Source: Callorhinchus milii (taxonomy: Eukaryota). From it: a stretch of 64,000 bases of DNA. Made by a program: the position numbers and the translations under genes. Below the pieces are notes generated by a model. It was given only the letters and a program-made list of their open reading frames with translations. It searched no databases and was not told the origin of the DNA. The stretch's first letter is position 1; each line of letters starts with the position of its first letter. This document shows positions 50,801 through 64,000 of this stretch, one piece after another. The stretch spans positions 90,584,001-90,648,000 of the forward strand of contig NW_024704742.1 in assembly GCF_018977255.1 (NCBI RefSeq), written 5' to 3'.

Positions 50801-53069
50801 TTTAAATTGTTTAAATACTCAAATATTTATTTTCTATGGTTGATTTGCCGAGGAGTCAAATCAGCACTCTCCATGAGCAAAAAATATTGTTTGCTGACCA
50901 AGGAGAGTTTAACCCTCAGAGCGAATCGGTTTCTGTTTTGGCCAAGGAAAAAGAGAAAAATCTAAATTAAATTATTACAAGTAGCAAACACAAGAAACAC
51001 CTCACAAACCTTAAATGGCTGGGGGGGGGGGGGGGGGGATGAGAGAGAAATCATAATCTAACTGTTCGCTATTAATTCAACCCGTATGTCTGGGTCTAAA
51101 ATGTGGTGATTCATACCAGAAATCATTAAGATTCAAGATTGGAAATAGTGACTTCTTCCAATAATCAAAATTAGAGGGAAATACTGGGTATGATGTCTCA
51201 CCAAGCACTTTATGAGCTCAACCCAGAAAAATGGCTAACTTCCGGGTCATTAGATCACCCCGACACCGCTTTCTGTACCAAGTGCATCAATTTTCCAACT
51301 AGCATAGGTCCACAACAGACCTATGGTATAAACAAGGCAGCATTTTATTAAAGGACATTCTATATGTCACTCCTGTAATTCCGGAAGCGAAGTCCCATGG
51401 ATTGATGAGACAGTTTTGTTGACTGGAAGGCCATTTACTCGTGACTCATGTATTACCAATTTCCATAACAAATCACCATAATGTGGACACAATTATAAAG
51501 CAAATTTGCCAGGCTTCAACCCATCCAGTGTCCTTTATTTGTAACATTTAAAGGCAACATTTTGTATACTCATTTTCAATCTTCTTCTGCAAATGAAACA
51601 AAAAATTACTCACACAGCCATTCGCGAATGTTGTCCTTTGCAATGACTGAGTGGGTGGAGAACTAGGGGAGGTGGGCTCAGTCAAAGGGTGTGTGTCTCA
51701 CATGCTCAATGGGCAGACAACATTGCAACTAGAAATTTAAGGTACCAAAAGGCATAAATGGCGGGTAAGTTAGTTTGATCAAATCCAAATTTATATCCCA
51801 ATGGAGAAGCAAAGGAAGTAGATAGACATTGATTTTCAAATTGCTTGCATAAATAATAATCCTTACATTTGATATAGCGGCTTATCATGTCTTCAAGACA
51901 TCTCAAAGTGCTTCAAAGAATACACCAGCAAGAAATCAGAAATATGTTCTGCCACAAAATCTAATGAGAGAATAAAGAATGGTTGCTGCTGTACTGTACC
52001 ACTAAGAGTTGGATGAAACTAATTTTGAATTGGAGGTCTATGAAATGGTTTAAGAACAAACGGTTGGGATATTACAGGATACAGATGGTACCTATAGACG
52101 GCACTACTATACAATTTGTTTACTACCTATAATGATACAACAGCCTAAATGTCTCTTGAGAATCAAAGCATCAAGTGGAAATGGAGCGCATGAAGATCTG
52201 ATTCGACACTTGAAGGAGAAGATCCTTCCCGTGGGAATGAAAGAGCAGGCAGGCACCATTTCAATTTCAAGATTTTCTGAGAACCATACTTTGCAAGGCA
52301 ATTAGAAGGGAATTCTGATATTGAGAGCAAGACACCTGCCGACTCTTTTGCTCATGTATAAACTTTGTACCAGTGTATGAATGTAGCGGATCCACTTGCA
52401 TTTCAAACCTTTTGGTTGTGGACTAAGTATTCTATATTTGGTCTCAATTATTAAGATTCCCTATATAGGCTAGATTTAAAACAACATGTGTTTTTTTTNG
52501 GAGGCAGGGCATAGCTTACGGGCTAGACATCTTAATGCTATTGATTTGAAATACACATATAAATAAAAATCAAGATTTGCACAAATGATTCAGTCAACAG
52601 AAGCTGTCATCTGAAATTTATGCAAATATATTTGTATAATTTGCATCATCATAATGAGCTAGTATCCATTTACACAATCCATTTACCCACTCAACCATAA
52701 GGGGACACAAGCATGTATTTTTTAATTATACTTTATAATGTTTAATATTAGTAATTTATATGAAATAATTTTACATGTGTACATATTCAGTGATTACTGA
52801 AAGTTTCAGAGTATCTTTAAATTTAATTTTGTAAAATGTATAAGTCAACTAACTCAAGGCAGTGCCTCTCCTCGTTAAGGATAAAACTGTTACTGATGTA
52901 TTTAAAAATGAAAACCACTGGAATGAAATGAGAACCAACCCAAAAAAAATTTAGGAACTCTAATTTATAAAAGTCTGTAGTACAGTTAAAATAATTAATG
53001 GTATGACTACTTCTTTGATGATCTAACGACCACAGACAATGTTACAGACCCAGCAAAACTGGACATTAC

Positions 53070-53195
53070 CTTAAGTTTGACAAGTTTCTCAAGGTTTTCA
53101 AACTTGTGTTCTGATCTCTGTAGCTTCCTCAGTTCCTCTGCTTCTCTAGCACAGCTCTTTGGAGACAAAGACCTGGAACGTTTCACAGATGGATC
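53070..53195 (-). CDS. CNTLN: Centlein exon (126 nt, phase 0/0): DPSVKRSRSLSPKSCAREAEELRKLQRSEHKFENLEKLVKLK
   Basis: ttgtAG and AAG|GTaatg boundaries. VKRSRSLSPKS...EELxKL...ENLEK matches centlein. Too short to appear in the ORF track. Confidence 0.95.
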
Positions 53196-56000
53196 CTACA
53201 ATGCAGATAGTGAGAAAGAAAAGGACATTTAGTTTCAGTCCTGGTAATTGAGAATACTAATAATGAATTATAAAAAATCCTATATGGAATACCAAAGGAA
53301 TAACAAACTGAATTATCACAGTGTTACCACTAAAGATTTCTCTGCAACTCGCTAATGAGTATATTCATTTACATTTACATTGTTTCTTCCAGAATAATGA
53401 TGTCCCATCAGGGAAGACTCAAGGGTTATAGACACAGAAATGCAAGAAACCTCATTACAAACAGAAGAAACAGGCTGGTCTAATTGCTCTACGAGGGTCC
53501 AAATTTGTATATGATCTGATTATTGCAAGCAAGTGGGAAAATGTTTTTTTTTCTGGCTTTGAAATGTTTTCACCTGAAGGAGGAAGTGTAACTCGATAAG
53601 AAAGACTAAACAAACAAAATACTCAAATCTATGTCTGCAGTACCACAAACAAGAATATGTTACTATTATTGCAGTACATCATTTTAAATCCTACATCAGT
53701 AAATTACATTTACACTTATTTTTCTTCTGAATTAACAACCCAGAGATTTGAGTTAATAAAGTAGTTAAATGCCTTGTTACATATATCATTTTGCAAACAC
53801 AAGTTTTTTTTTAAGATCAGACTGGTGTCTGACGCATGTGGAAATCCATCACTGCCCTTAAGAGTATCTGTACAAGACAGAATTCACATATGCGTTCCTC
53901 CTACGCATGGAAATCTCTCTGCATTTGAAATGGAATGCAGAGTTTCCCTGGAGTTATGCCCTCTACTTACAACAAATTGTACTGAGAATCTTTCACATAG
54001 GATAGTATTGGAGCACTTCACAAAGAGAGGATCATATGCCGAGCAAGAGACTAGGGGCAGAGGAAGTGGGAGGTGGCTATAAGATGCAGCCAAAGAGGAA
54101 AATTCAGTGTAAGCAAGAGTACAGATACAATTCGGAATTACCCACTTCCAGCGAGTATTAGATGCAGGTTGGCAAGAGCTTAGGGAACCTAGAATGTGCA
54201 CTGCTGGAGTTCAACCAGCTAAAACAACATAGCTTGCCATTCAGCACACTGTCTGGGAAGCTTCGCACTGCTTATCCATCTTGGACCTCCCTACCCAGCA
54301 GAGCTTTGATTTGCAGGATTAACAAAAACCAGAGTGGGAATAATGACCGCCTCCAGTGACCAGTCTGCCCTCCACATCCTGTCAACTAGCCAGACTTGCT
54401 GTTCTGAAATTAGCCTTGCCTTGGAGTACTGCAGACTTGCCTGGCTCAGAAATGGGACTATCCATTTCTGGATAGCCAGTGCTATTATTTAATACAGACA
54501 TGTAAAGTAAGCAGATTATAAAACTGAAACATGTACATGTTAAGACCTACATTTTGTTCTAAAATACCATAACCAAAAACTAATGAAGCATGATTTTTAC
54601 AGAAATATGGTGCAGTACAATAGTAGAAAACTTAATGGCTTTCAAGAATTACATCAATGTACACTTATATACACGTTTCCATGGCAAAACGTCATTATTA
54701 TTATTATAAACGTTCACAGAAATAGATTGAGAGCCTAAATAGGGTAGGAGGTACAAGACATTGGTTTTAAGGTGTTTCAAAGCACAGAGGGAGGGTGGAG
54801 GCCAGAAGGACTTGGACTGAGTCACTTTAACTTCAAATGAAATATTATTCTATACGATAAATATTTAAATTGTAACCACAGTTCTTTTACATTTAGTTTA
54901 TGGTGGATTTTATTTTAAAACAGTCAAAATAACTTCAGCTGTTTAAAGTTATGTACGAGAAATTGTGGGCAAAACCAGTGCATGTCAGAAAATCAACCTT
55001 TTAATTTTTTTTGTTCACTCGCCAACCACAGTGGTAAAGTGAATCAGATGACTGCAACAACTGATTGTTCCCGGTCGCTGCATGAATTATCCCAGGAAAA
55101 GTAAAGCCAATTGCAATAAACTCCAGGCTTCAAGTCTTCATTGGTCTGAGAAAAGATGAGGTGCTGATATAAAGGAAGGCGAGTCTAAACCACATTCACA
55201 CAGAAAAACAAATACTGGGAAAACAAGACCCAGCCCCAGATAACTGCACAGCGATGTAGAGAATGGGAAATATGGTATATCTAGGATTAGAAGCAATTTT
55301 CAAGGTGAACAGTACACTTTATTTTTCTTTTCATGTGTTGCCCTGGCTGTTATACGTACCTCTCCTAAAATACTGCCTTTTTAGGACTTCGCCTGTTTTG
55401 CTCCACACCAAAGGTTAAGGTAACACAACTGTAGTAAACTACAACCCTTTAAACTATCTCAAGTTTGGTGAGAATCAGCTGGTTCGTCAAGATTGTCATT
55501 TCACAAATATCCTGCAAATTCAGTCCATTAACACCTATAATTGCAGCAGAATGTTTCTGGACTCTTATCAGGGACCTCTCCCAACTGACTGGTCACAATC
55601 TTGGTTCAGGGTTATTCCATATTCTGTTCACACACTGCTCAATATAATTACCTTGAATCCTTTGTCCAGCTAATAAGTGAAACTGCCCTTTCTTTGTCAA
55701 TTTACAATCCACATCAGATCTTGTCCACTCTTAGACAAGTGTCGTCAGGCAAAGTTATTCTATTTCAGGACATGTGGTCCCACTGATTTAGCTCCTTGTC
55801 CTCGACAAAGAACAACAGTATGTGTAGCCTCTGATTATTTTTTTCTGATCATTCAATCTGAGGCATTTGTATCCTACTCCACTGTATACCTGACTATCTC
55901 CTTTTAATAACAAAGGTATCTTGCATTTCTTTAAAGATTGAGCTTGGCTTGATATACAACCAAATTTGCATTGTAAAAATTATATTTAAGTGATATTTAC

Positions 56001-56367
56001 CAACAACAACAACAAATTTATATTTATAGAGCGCCTTTCATGTCGGGAGGATGTCCCAAAGTGCTGAACAGTCAGGTGTTGGGCCCCGAGCATTGGGGAG
56101 GGATGGTGTAGGGGTAAGGGAAGGCAGAGAGGTGGGAGGGGGACCAAAGGCATGATCGAAGAGAAGGGTCTTGAGACGAGTCTTGAAAGAGGCAAGGGAG
56201 GAAGCGAGGCGAAGGGACCGTTGGATGGAGTTCCAGAGTGTGGGGGCAGAGAGGCTGAAAGCCCGGCCACTGATGGTAGGGCAGGTTGGGCGGGAGACAT
56301 GGAGCAGGCCAAAGCCCATTGAACGGAGGGAGCAGGCAGACTGGTAGGGAGTCAGCAGCTCAGAGAG
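56001..56367 (-). mobile_element. L2 3' end
   Basis: Near copy of 29994-30350; RAFSLSAPTLWNS...FKTRLKTLLFDHAF. Confidence 0.92.
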
Positions 56368-56839
56368 TGATTAATACAAAGCAATACTGTATGTACTGTT
56401 ATGAAAGGATAGCATGCACAACTCCACTAGTATCACACTACACTTAGACATAACCTTCCAAATGTTTTCCACAAGAGGCGATACAGTGTTACTACTTGGA
56501 GATTGCAAAGTATTCATCCATCATTGTTAAGCGCTCTGGGACACCACCCAGCGTGGAGGCCGGATGTTGTTATTATTACTCTATGCCAGACATAGCACGT
56601 AGATGTTGAATGACATTAGGGAATTGGATTCTGCCTAAATCAAGGTACTGGCTGCCTGAGCTTTAGGTGGACAATAAATATCCTACAACACTATTCAAAA
56701 AAATGTCAATACTCCCAGGGTCCCGGCCAAAAATCATCCAGTCATTCAACTCATTAAATATAAACCATACTCATTGGCTCCCACCAGCATCTAGTCATTG
56801 CGGGCTCTGAGCTCACTCCCAGCCTCTCTGTCAAGCTCA

Positions 56840-57390
56840 CCCAAACAATAGGCAACCTTTGAATACGGTTCCATCCACAGCTCTACCTTTCTCCCTTACA
56901 TCCAATCTCCAACCAAGACTGCTTTCCTTCACCCCCATATCGCCCTCTCCGTCTCCAATACTACCTCAAAGCAAATACTGCCAAAACCCTTATCCACACC
57001 TTTATTTCCCACCTGGATTTTTCCAATGCACTCCTCACTGGCTTTCCTAGCATCCATAAATTCAAGCTTATCCAAAACTCCTCTTCTCACTACCTGCCCT
57101 GTCTGCACCACCATTGGTGGCCAAGTATTCAGATTTTATGCCCCTAACCTCTATAACGTCTTCCATCTATCTCAATCTCCCTTTTTATCTGTCTTAATGT
57201 CTTGCCTTAAAACCTCTTCAATCATTCCTATGGTCATGCCCCCTTCACCCTCTCGGTGTCTGACCCTGTAACTCTAAATAATAATAATAATCCTTGCATT
57301 TGATGTAGCGCTTTTCACGACTTCTAGACGTCTCAAAGCACTTCACAGAATATGCTGTAAAGTGAATTGACTGTGTATTTGTGGGAAAAG
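56840..57390. mobile_element. Degraded L2 fragment (+, about 56840-57270) abutting a SINE tail (-, 57278-57390)
   Basis: cacctggatttttccaatgcactcctc (HLDFSNALL) and IGGQVFRFYAPNLYN, then (AAT)n ccttgcatttgatgtagcgc. Confidence 0.75.
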
Positions 57391-58226
57391 TGCTCCAAGA
57401 CATTATCCTGCATGAACAATGCAGGATAAATATAAATGTAAGTTGTGGGATTTTGCTGTATGCATTTGTCTACAAATGGCTAATGTGTTTGTCTATAAAA
57501 AAAAGGTACCTTACACGGCAGTAATTACCTGTGAAGAGCTTTGAGATGATTCAAAATTGAAAGCACTATAAAGAAACAAGTTCTTTTTCTTATTACAAAT
57601 TTCCAATCTTATCTAAATAAATCCCCAAGCAACTACATCAACACGGATTGATTTTTAAGTTGCTTTTTTTATAAAGTCCAGCATCCTGGCCTTAACCGCA
57701 CTGCTGTCAATGTGCTCCAGTTAATAATTACCCTCTGTGTAAAAAAAATTTGATCTCTCAAGACTGAATCTGCCAACATACTCAAAACAAAAAGTCAAAC
57801 TGCAGAGACCCTCAAAACGCAATATGCAGTACAAGTATGTGTGAATGCTTTCCTTTAAAAGTTCGGGGGGAGTGGGGTACGAGAGAAGTACAAACTTTTA
57901 AGTGACCACTTTTGATCACCCACAAAATCATTTCCGTCTCTATTTATATTTCAGCAATACAAATCAATTCAAAGGAGAAAAATCTCAAGGTGTTTTCTGC
58001 ACAATATATTTTGCCGAAAACAGCATTTTTTTGCATTGAATCAATGGTCCATTTGTTACAAGCATACAAGGCAATAAATGAGGTTTCGTGCTAATTTAAT
58101 ATAGACTGTTTCTTACAAGCACAAGTCATTTTATTACCAAAATAATGTTGAGAAGATGAGACTGCTGTTTCCTCTGAAGTGGTAAAAATAATTTGTTCTA
58201 TTGAACTAATTTTTGAAATACATTTT

Positions 58227-58952
58227 AACAACAACAAATTACACTTGCATAGTGCCCTTCACATCGGAAAAATGTCCCAGGGCGCTGCACAATCAGGGGT
58301 TTTGGACTTGAGCTGGGAGTTGGGGTCAGAAGGGGAGGAGGGCGGGGGTTGGGAGGGTGGCTGAAGGCATGGTCGAAGAGGAAGATCTTCAGACTGGACT
58401 TGGAGGAGTAACAGAGGGAAGTGAGGCAGAGGGATTGCAAGATAGAGTTCCAGAGTGTGGGGACAGAGATCCTGAATGCCAATGTGGTCCGCCAATGGTA
58501 GGGCGGGAAGTGCGGGGAACCTGAAGCACACCGGTGTCCTCTGAGCGGAGGGAGCGGACGGACTGATATGGGGTTATGAGTCGAAGAGGTGGAGGGGGCG
58601 GGGGAGCAAGACCCTGGAGGGCCTTGAAGGTCAATGCTCCCAGGAACAGGGAGCTAGTGAAGCCAGGCAAGAATGGGGTGACAGGTTCCTGGAGCCTGGT
58701 GCGGAAGAGGACACAAACTGCAGTGTTCTGAATAATCTGCAGCTTGTGGAGGGAGGAGTTGGAAAGTCCAGTGAGCAGGCAGTTGGCGTAGTCAAGCCTG
58801 GATGTAATGAAAGCATTGATCAGGGTCTCAGCAGCCTGCAGTGAGAGGCAGTGGCAGAGGCGAGCAACTTTGGAGGTGTGAAAAGGCAGAAAAAATCATG
58901 GCACAAATGTGGGTTTGAAGGATAGTTGAGGGTCAAAAAGGACACCAAAGTT
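58227..58952 (-). mobile_element. L2 3' fragment
   Basis: TFKALQGLAPP, FRISVPTLWNS...LKIFLFDHAF; (CAA)n tail at the left end. Confidence 0.9.
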
Positions 58953-60147
58953 AAAAATAAAACTGATTTCTAATTAGAGTAAGATCAATCATAAAATGAG
59001 AAACATACATAAGACTGCTCAATTCCTCCTCAGGTTTGTCATTTCAGATCTGTCTGAAGAAGATTTGGCGAGGTGCAACTAGCTGTACATTTAAAATAAT
59101 GTGATAATCAGTAAAATCAATCATTTTAACAGAACAGTGGAACCAAGAGAACAGGAACATGTTACCACAATAAAATCACCAGAGGGAGTAACATAATGAT
59201 AGAAATGTAATTTCTGATCAGAAGGGGAGCATGCCAACTTTGTGTGGGTGCATTCCTCAACAACTAAAAATTAATATCCATGGCATCAAATATGGGGTGC
59301 TAGCTTCTCTCCAGACTCTTCTTCACCAAACTTAGCTAAACTTTCACCTTTTATACTCCCAAAATCAGTCCATGTGACTCTGGTAGGTAAAAGCAGAGTT
59401 CAAAGGTTATTTTGCCGAATCACAGTTCAAAGTTGAATTGTCCAATTGTATTTAGGAACTGTTCCGATCTTTGGTTCTCACCAAGGAGGAACGCAATCCA
59501 AGGATCCATTTCCTTATCTGTGACACCTTTCAGTCATAAAATATCTATGTCCTGGACCTTTTGACAACTTTCAGGTTATAAAATATATTTTCTCAACACG
59601 TAACCGCTTAGTCAGAGACACGACGGTACCTCTGTCCTAATTAATCCAAGTGCTCCGGGACACTACCCTGCATGAAGGGCACTATATAAACACAAGTTGT
59701 TGAAACCTGTATCATACTTATGGAGAAAACAACACTTTTGTCCCTTCGTTAACAACAACAAAAATTCGTACAGCACCTTCCACGTTGGGAGGATGTCCCA
59801 AGGTGCTGGAATGCTGAGAATCTGGAAAGAATAATTTTCCAAAAGAGAACGACAACAGATTAACTAGCAGTTATCAGTTCTCCTCCCACTCACAGCTCTG
59901 CTCCCACTCTAATTTTTAAAAAGTTCTACCAGCGCTGCTCAGGGTTCCAATCAGAGGAAATTTTAAGTAATAAATTTAAAGTTACAGATTTTAGGTAGCA
60001 GTCAGTATAGACTATTTAAACTTCCTGTGAAAATAACCCATTTTACAGTAATGTAGTTAATGTGTGATCCTTAATCAGTTTTGGTCTGTCTGATATAACT
60101 GAAATAGATTCTATACATTGTGTAAATTATATTCATTTAGATGAACA

Positions 60148-60595
60148 TTAAATGCAGCTTTGAAATTGCAGGCGAGGAAACGGCAAGATGAAGTGATTCA
60201 GGGATGGAGTTCTAGAGAGTGGGGATCGAAATGTTGAAGGCCCGACCCCTGATGGTGGGGTGAGTAGGGAAAGTATGTGAACCAGACCAATATGGAGAGT
60301 ATGGGCAGGTTGGTAAAATTTTAGAAGGTCACAGGATAGGCAGTGCAAGATCAGGAAGGGATTTAAAAGCGAGGCTGAGGATCTTGAACTTGATCCTCTG
60401 GAGGATGGGCATTGGAGGGGGTCGAGAATGGGAATGATAGGCTTGTGGAGCCTAGTGCAGGAGAGGATATGAGCAGCTGGAGTTCTGAATGGTCTGCATC
60501 TTGTGGAGGGAAGAGTCGGGAACTCCAGAGAGCAGAGAATTTGCATAGCCAAGCCCGGCATGATAAAGGCATGGACATGTTAAAAGCATGGAATA
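60148..60595 (-). mobile_element. Degraded L2 ORF2 C-terminal fragment
   Basis: LGYANSLLSGVPDSSLHKMQTIQNSS in ORF 60452..60718. Confidence 0.85.
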
Positions 60596-61254
60596 GGAAT
60601 TTAAAAAAAGCATGAAGAAAGCTGAACTGGTTAAGGCATGGAAATAGGGTTTAAATGACAGTTGAGTTGAATAATTCTCTGAGGACCAATAATAATAATA
60701 ATCCTTGCATTTGACCAAGGACAGAGTCCTGATGAACTCCTGTAGGTAAAAATTATTTTAACCCTAGTGACCTTTTCCCTTGAAAACCACAGGAGCTCAG
60801 ATTCCTGCCGAGGTAATCAACGCACAATTCCAGTTATGGTATCACTCCAATCCTGAATCTGAATTAGAAAATTCAGACAGGCTATTCACCCTTAAATTGC
60901 CTGTGGCATTTTATTCAGTATTGGGCGGGTGGGTGGGTGCAGGACTAATTTCACTAGAAATGAGAACTGGTCGGAACAAACCAGATGTAAATTGGTTTGT
61001 TTGGGAGAATTGATTGGAACAAACCAGATGCAAATTGTTTGATGAATGGCATAACAACCAATCAGTTCACAATCAAGCCAGCTCCAAAACTACCAATTCC
61101 TAGCAACCTGCACAACACTTCCAGTCTGCTAAAGACCTATAACCCATACTAACAATATGCTACTTTCTTGTAGATGTGATGATATTGAGGGGTTTTAAAG
61201 TCAAGGCAAATAGCAGAGCAATAGCCAACTTGGATCTGAGAAAATCCATGAATA

Positions 61255-61827
61255 CTGTGGAAGCCGGTTAAGCCGGTCGCATTAGGAACGGACATTTTAT
61301 CCGATTTAAGAGGCGTCCAAGTTTAGCTAAAATACCATTCCCGCCCAGCAGAGGAGCTGCAGCAGTGCCATTTAATAATATGTAATGATGTTGTTTCACT
61401 TGAAGCATTGTTAACTAACCAGCTGAGGTTAAAAGACCCTTACAGAATTCAGCAAAATAGATTTAGCTTTGTGTGGCTGCAAAATACCCAGCAGAGGAGT
61501 GGCAGCGAAACTTCCTCCATTTGTGAATGGCTGGAATGTGCTGCTAATCACTATTTGACTCCTCCCATCTACATTCCAGAGTTACTTGCACTTGTATCGC
61601 GCCCTCCACACAGGGTAGGGGCGGGACTTGAAAAAGGAGAGAGGGGGCAAGGCGGAGGGATTGCGGGAGAGTGTTCATTCAGCGGCGACCAGGGAAGCAT
61701 TTCGCCCGGATTAACCAGATTTTTATCCGAATTAAAAGCATATTTACAACCAGTAATACAAACGGGGCCAGAGTTTTGGTCGATTTACCCGACATCTGAG
61801 GCAAACCGGCAAAAGCAGATTCCACTG
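61255..61827. mobile_element. Non-autonomous Tc1/mariner (Tigger/pogo-like) DNA element
   Basis: Imperfect terminal inverted repeats of about 23 bp (CTGTGGAAGCCGGTTAAGCCGGT versus the reverse complement of the right end, CAGTGGAATCTGCTTTTGCCGGT), each flanked by TA. Confidence 0.65.
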
Positions 61828-63773
61828 TAATACATTAAGTGCAATAACTCTCCTTCCCAAGGTTTCTTTACTTGTGTTTCATTATGGAAATAAATGTATG
61901 TGATAAGAAGATCACATACTTCTGGGCTGACTCAGTCTCAAATAGAGTCACTGTCCAGATTCACCAATTAAAGGATAGCCTCTTCAGCATGGCAGTAAGA
62001 CACGTGACGCTGTACCCGAGGAAGAGTTGTTGCCTTCAGAAGACAAGAAAATGGATGAAAATATATCTTTTTAAAAAATCACAAAACAAAAACATATATG
62101 GAATTTCTAGAATGTTCAAGTCTCAGACTCACTTTTGAGAGCAGTGCAATTCCGATTACATGCAACAGAACTGAAGAAATCCAGATAGGAATCGGTCATA
62201 TCTGGAGTATTTAAAGCGGGGAAAAAAAAACACATATTTCTTGATGAAAAACTTTGAAGAGTGTTGAGCACCTCTTCCAATTTCCATAATTAGTTCACCA
62301 AAAATAGTCATGCTATCTGAAGGACAATATTTTTTCCTGACAACCGTCTATTAGAATCTTTCTTTTTTTTAAACTATTGTATTGATTTAATGCTGCAAAG
62401 TGAGGAATCATCTTAACAAATGAGTCAAATGCAAGTCATCTGACATAAAACACAAACTGTGATGTTATCGTTACTGCCCTTGTTATAAATCCAGTATTTA
62501 CATCTAAACGTAGCATAGCAAAATGGATGGAATACCATTCGGCCCTGATCTGATCTCATCCCTCAAGAATAATCTGAGCAGCCCTGGGACAGCTCTTGGA
62601 TTTTAAAAAAGCTGAAGCAGGGAACAATGGGAACACACAGGAGGAGGAAACAAACTACTCAATAACAATGGGTTTCTTTTTTTTCTGTATTTTGCTGAAA
62701 ATTAAGAATACACATATATATATATACATATAAAGAATAGGGTGAAAGACCTAAAGCTATTTATAGGCCCCTCCAAGTAATATTGTTCATGTGTACTAGA
62801 TAAATGGGAATAAGGGAGTATATTTGAGGCTTTCAAAAAAAAACTGCATACTTATAGAAGATAACCCCATACTCAATCACTCTGCCCCACCTACACAGCC
62901 ACAATATGCCACACAAAAAAATCACACTGACCCACACATCATACATCCATAGATCCACGCTTCAGTTACATTGGATTTCTATCCCTACGTATTTAGACAA
63001 TTACCCTTTCCTTAGCAAGTCTAGGCAACACATGGTAAGGTAGCTGAAATAGTTGAGACATTTGCAAAGTTACAGTACATCTGGAACTTTATCCTTTCTG
63101 TGCGGTGCACAACTTTTACTATCAAAATAGTGCATTGTAATTATGTCTTTAATTCCTTTTTGTATATGTTGCGCAATAATTTAAGAGTAAGAAAATGAGT
63201 GGGGGTAACAGACAAAAAGATGCACAATCAGCAAGGAACAAAGAGATAGAAAGTTAGAGCGACTCAGAAATAAAAACATTCGGACAGAGAATAGTGTAAG
63301 ACTATAGTGGCAATATACCTCCTCATAAAATAATTTTTGGAATGTTTTTGTTTTGTATGTATTTGGTATGATGATTATTTATTTGCAGTTTCCTTCTTAA
63401 TTAGTGCATCTCTTAATTACTGATCTGGCCTAACCCCATACTCTTTTCTTCTCCTATTAACAATTCTCATTATTTCTTAAATTAATAGCAAAAGTTAAAA
63501 TTATAAATAGTATCAAGTGTTGATCTTAGTACAAGCACATTAAAAAATCAATCCTGGGCAACCCTGCTAGAACTCAGTAGTCTGGATCCATAAACTCAGA
63601 CCTCCCGCACCTCCCAAAAGCACAAAATAAAGGAAGTGTGCACATCAAAGTTTGAGGGTACAGAGCTTTTTTCTATTGTTGCAGAGCTCAAGAATCTGCA
63701 CAAAATGTAAACAGGGCAACTTCCACATCACTTTGAGACTCAGGCTCTGTAATATAAATGCAGGATGAAATAC

Positions 63774-63953
63774 CTTGCGTCTTCTTTGAATTTGATGATT
63801 GATACTCCACTCCAAATCTTCGTTACTTCCGCCAATCCGTTCAGTTAGCCTTTCAGTTGCCGCTTTAATAAGTTTCCCTTTCAACAACTTTATCTCTGTT
63901 TTCTGAGTGGCAACCAGGCTTTCCAACTCACTGCAGGAATTGCGCCTCATCCG
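63774..63953 (-). CDS. CNTLN: Centlein internal coding exon (180 nt, phase 0/0): RMRRNSCSELESLVATQKTEIKLLKGKLIKAA...QRRRK
   Basis: Minus strand ttttcttttgtttgaacAG acceptor and AAG|GTattt donor. The peptide resembles human centlein SLETLMVSQKSEIEYLQEKLK (recalled from memory) and is in frame with the next exon. Confidence 0.88.
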
Positions 63954-64000
63954 CTGTTCAAACAAAAGAAAACAACTTCACCGAACACGTTATACCAAGT

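Noticed and set aside
52499..52499. Single N base
   Set aside because: Assembly ambiguity at the end of a poly-T run, not biology.
60973..61041. Two copies of ggaacaaaccagatg(t/c)aaattg, superficially a repeat-spacer-repeat
   Set aside because: Only two units in vertebrate intron DNA with no cas genes; a simple local duplication.
61408..61830. 140-aa ORF inside the Tigger-like element as a transposase
   Set aside because: TTG start and no recognisable DDE or HTH motif; likely a by-product of higher GC content.

Overview
AT-rich vertebrate genomic DNA, most likely from a cartilaginous fish (chimaera/elephant-shark-like; inferred from the repeat content only). The window lies inside one minus-strand gene, centlein (CNTLN). 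I traced ten internal coding exons from 63953 down to 2184. All have AG/GT boundaries and their phases join into one open frame resembling the central part of human centlein. There is also one candidate extra exon, and both gene ends lie outside the window. The introns are dense in a young tRNA-derived SINE of about 320-360 bp (Deu-like body, (ATT)n tail), its probable partner L2 LINE (5'-truncated copies, (GTT)n tail), older DeuSINE-like and CR1 fragments, and one Tigger-like DNA element. Almost all short ORFs in the track are by-products of these repeats. The most unusual item is a non-repetitive fossil reading frame of about 260 codons at 19782-20868, antisense to CNTLN and split by a SINE. 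It could be an endogenous viral or transposon relic; a by-eye resemblance to orthomyxovirus PB1 is unverified. Other oddities are templated or chimeric junctions at retroelement ends, a CpG-rich hairpin and candidate conserved enhancers. There is no CRISPR, rRNA or bona fide tRNA gene, and no evidence for a new multi-gene system.
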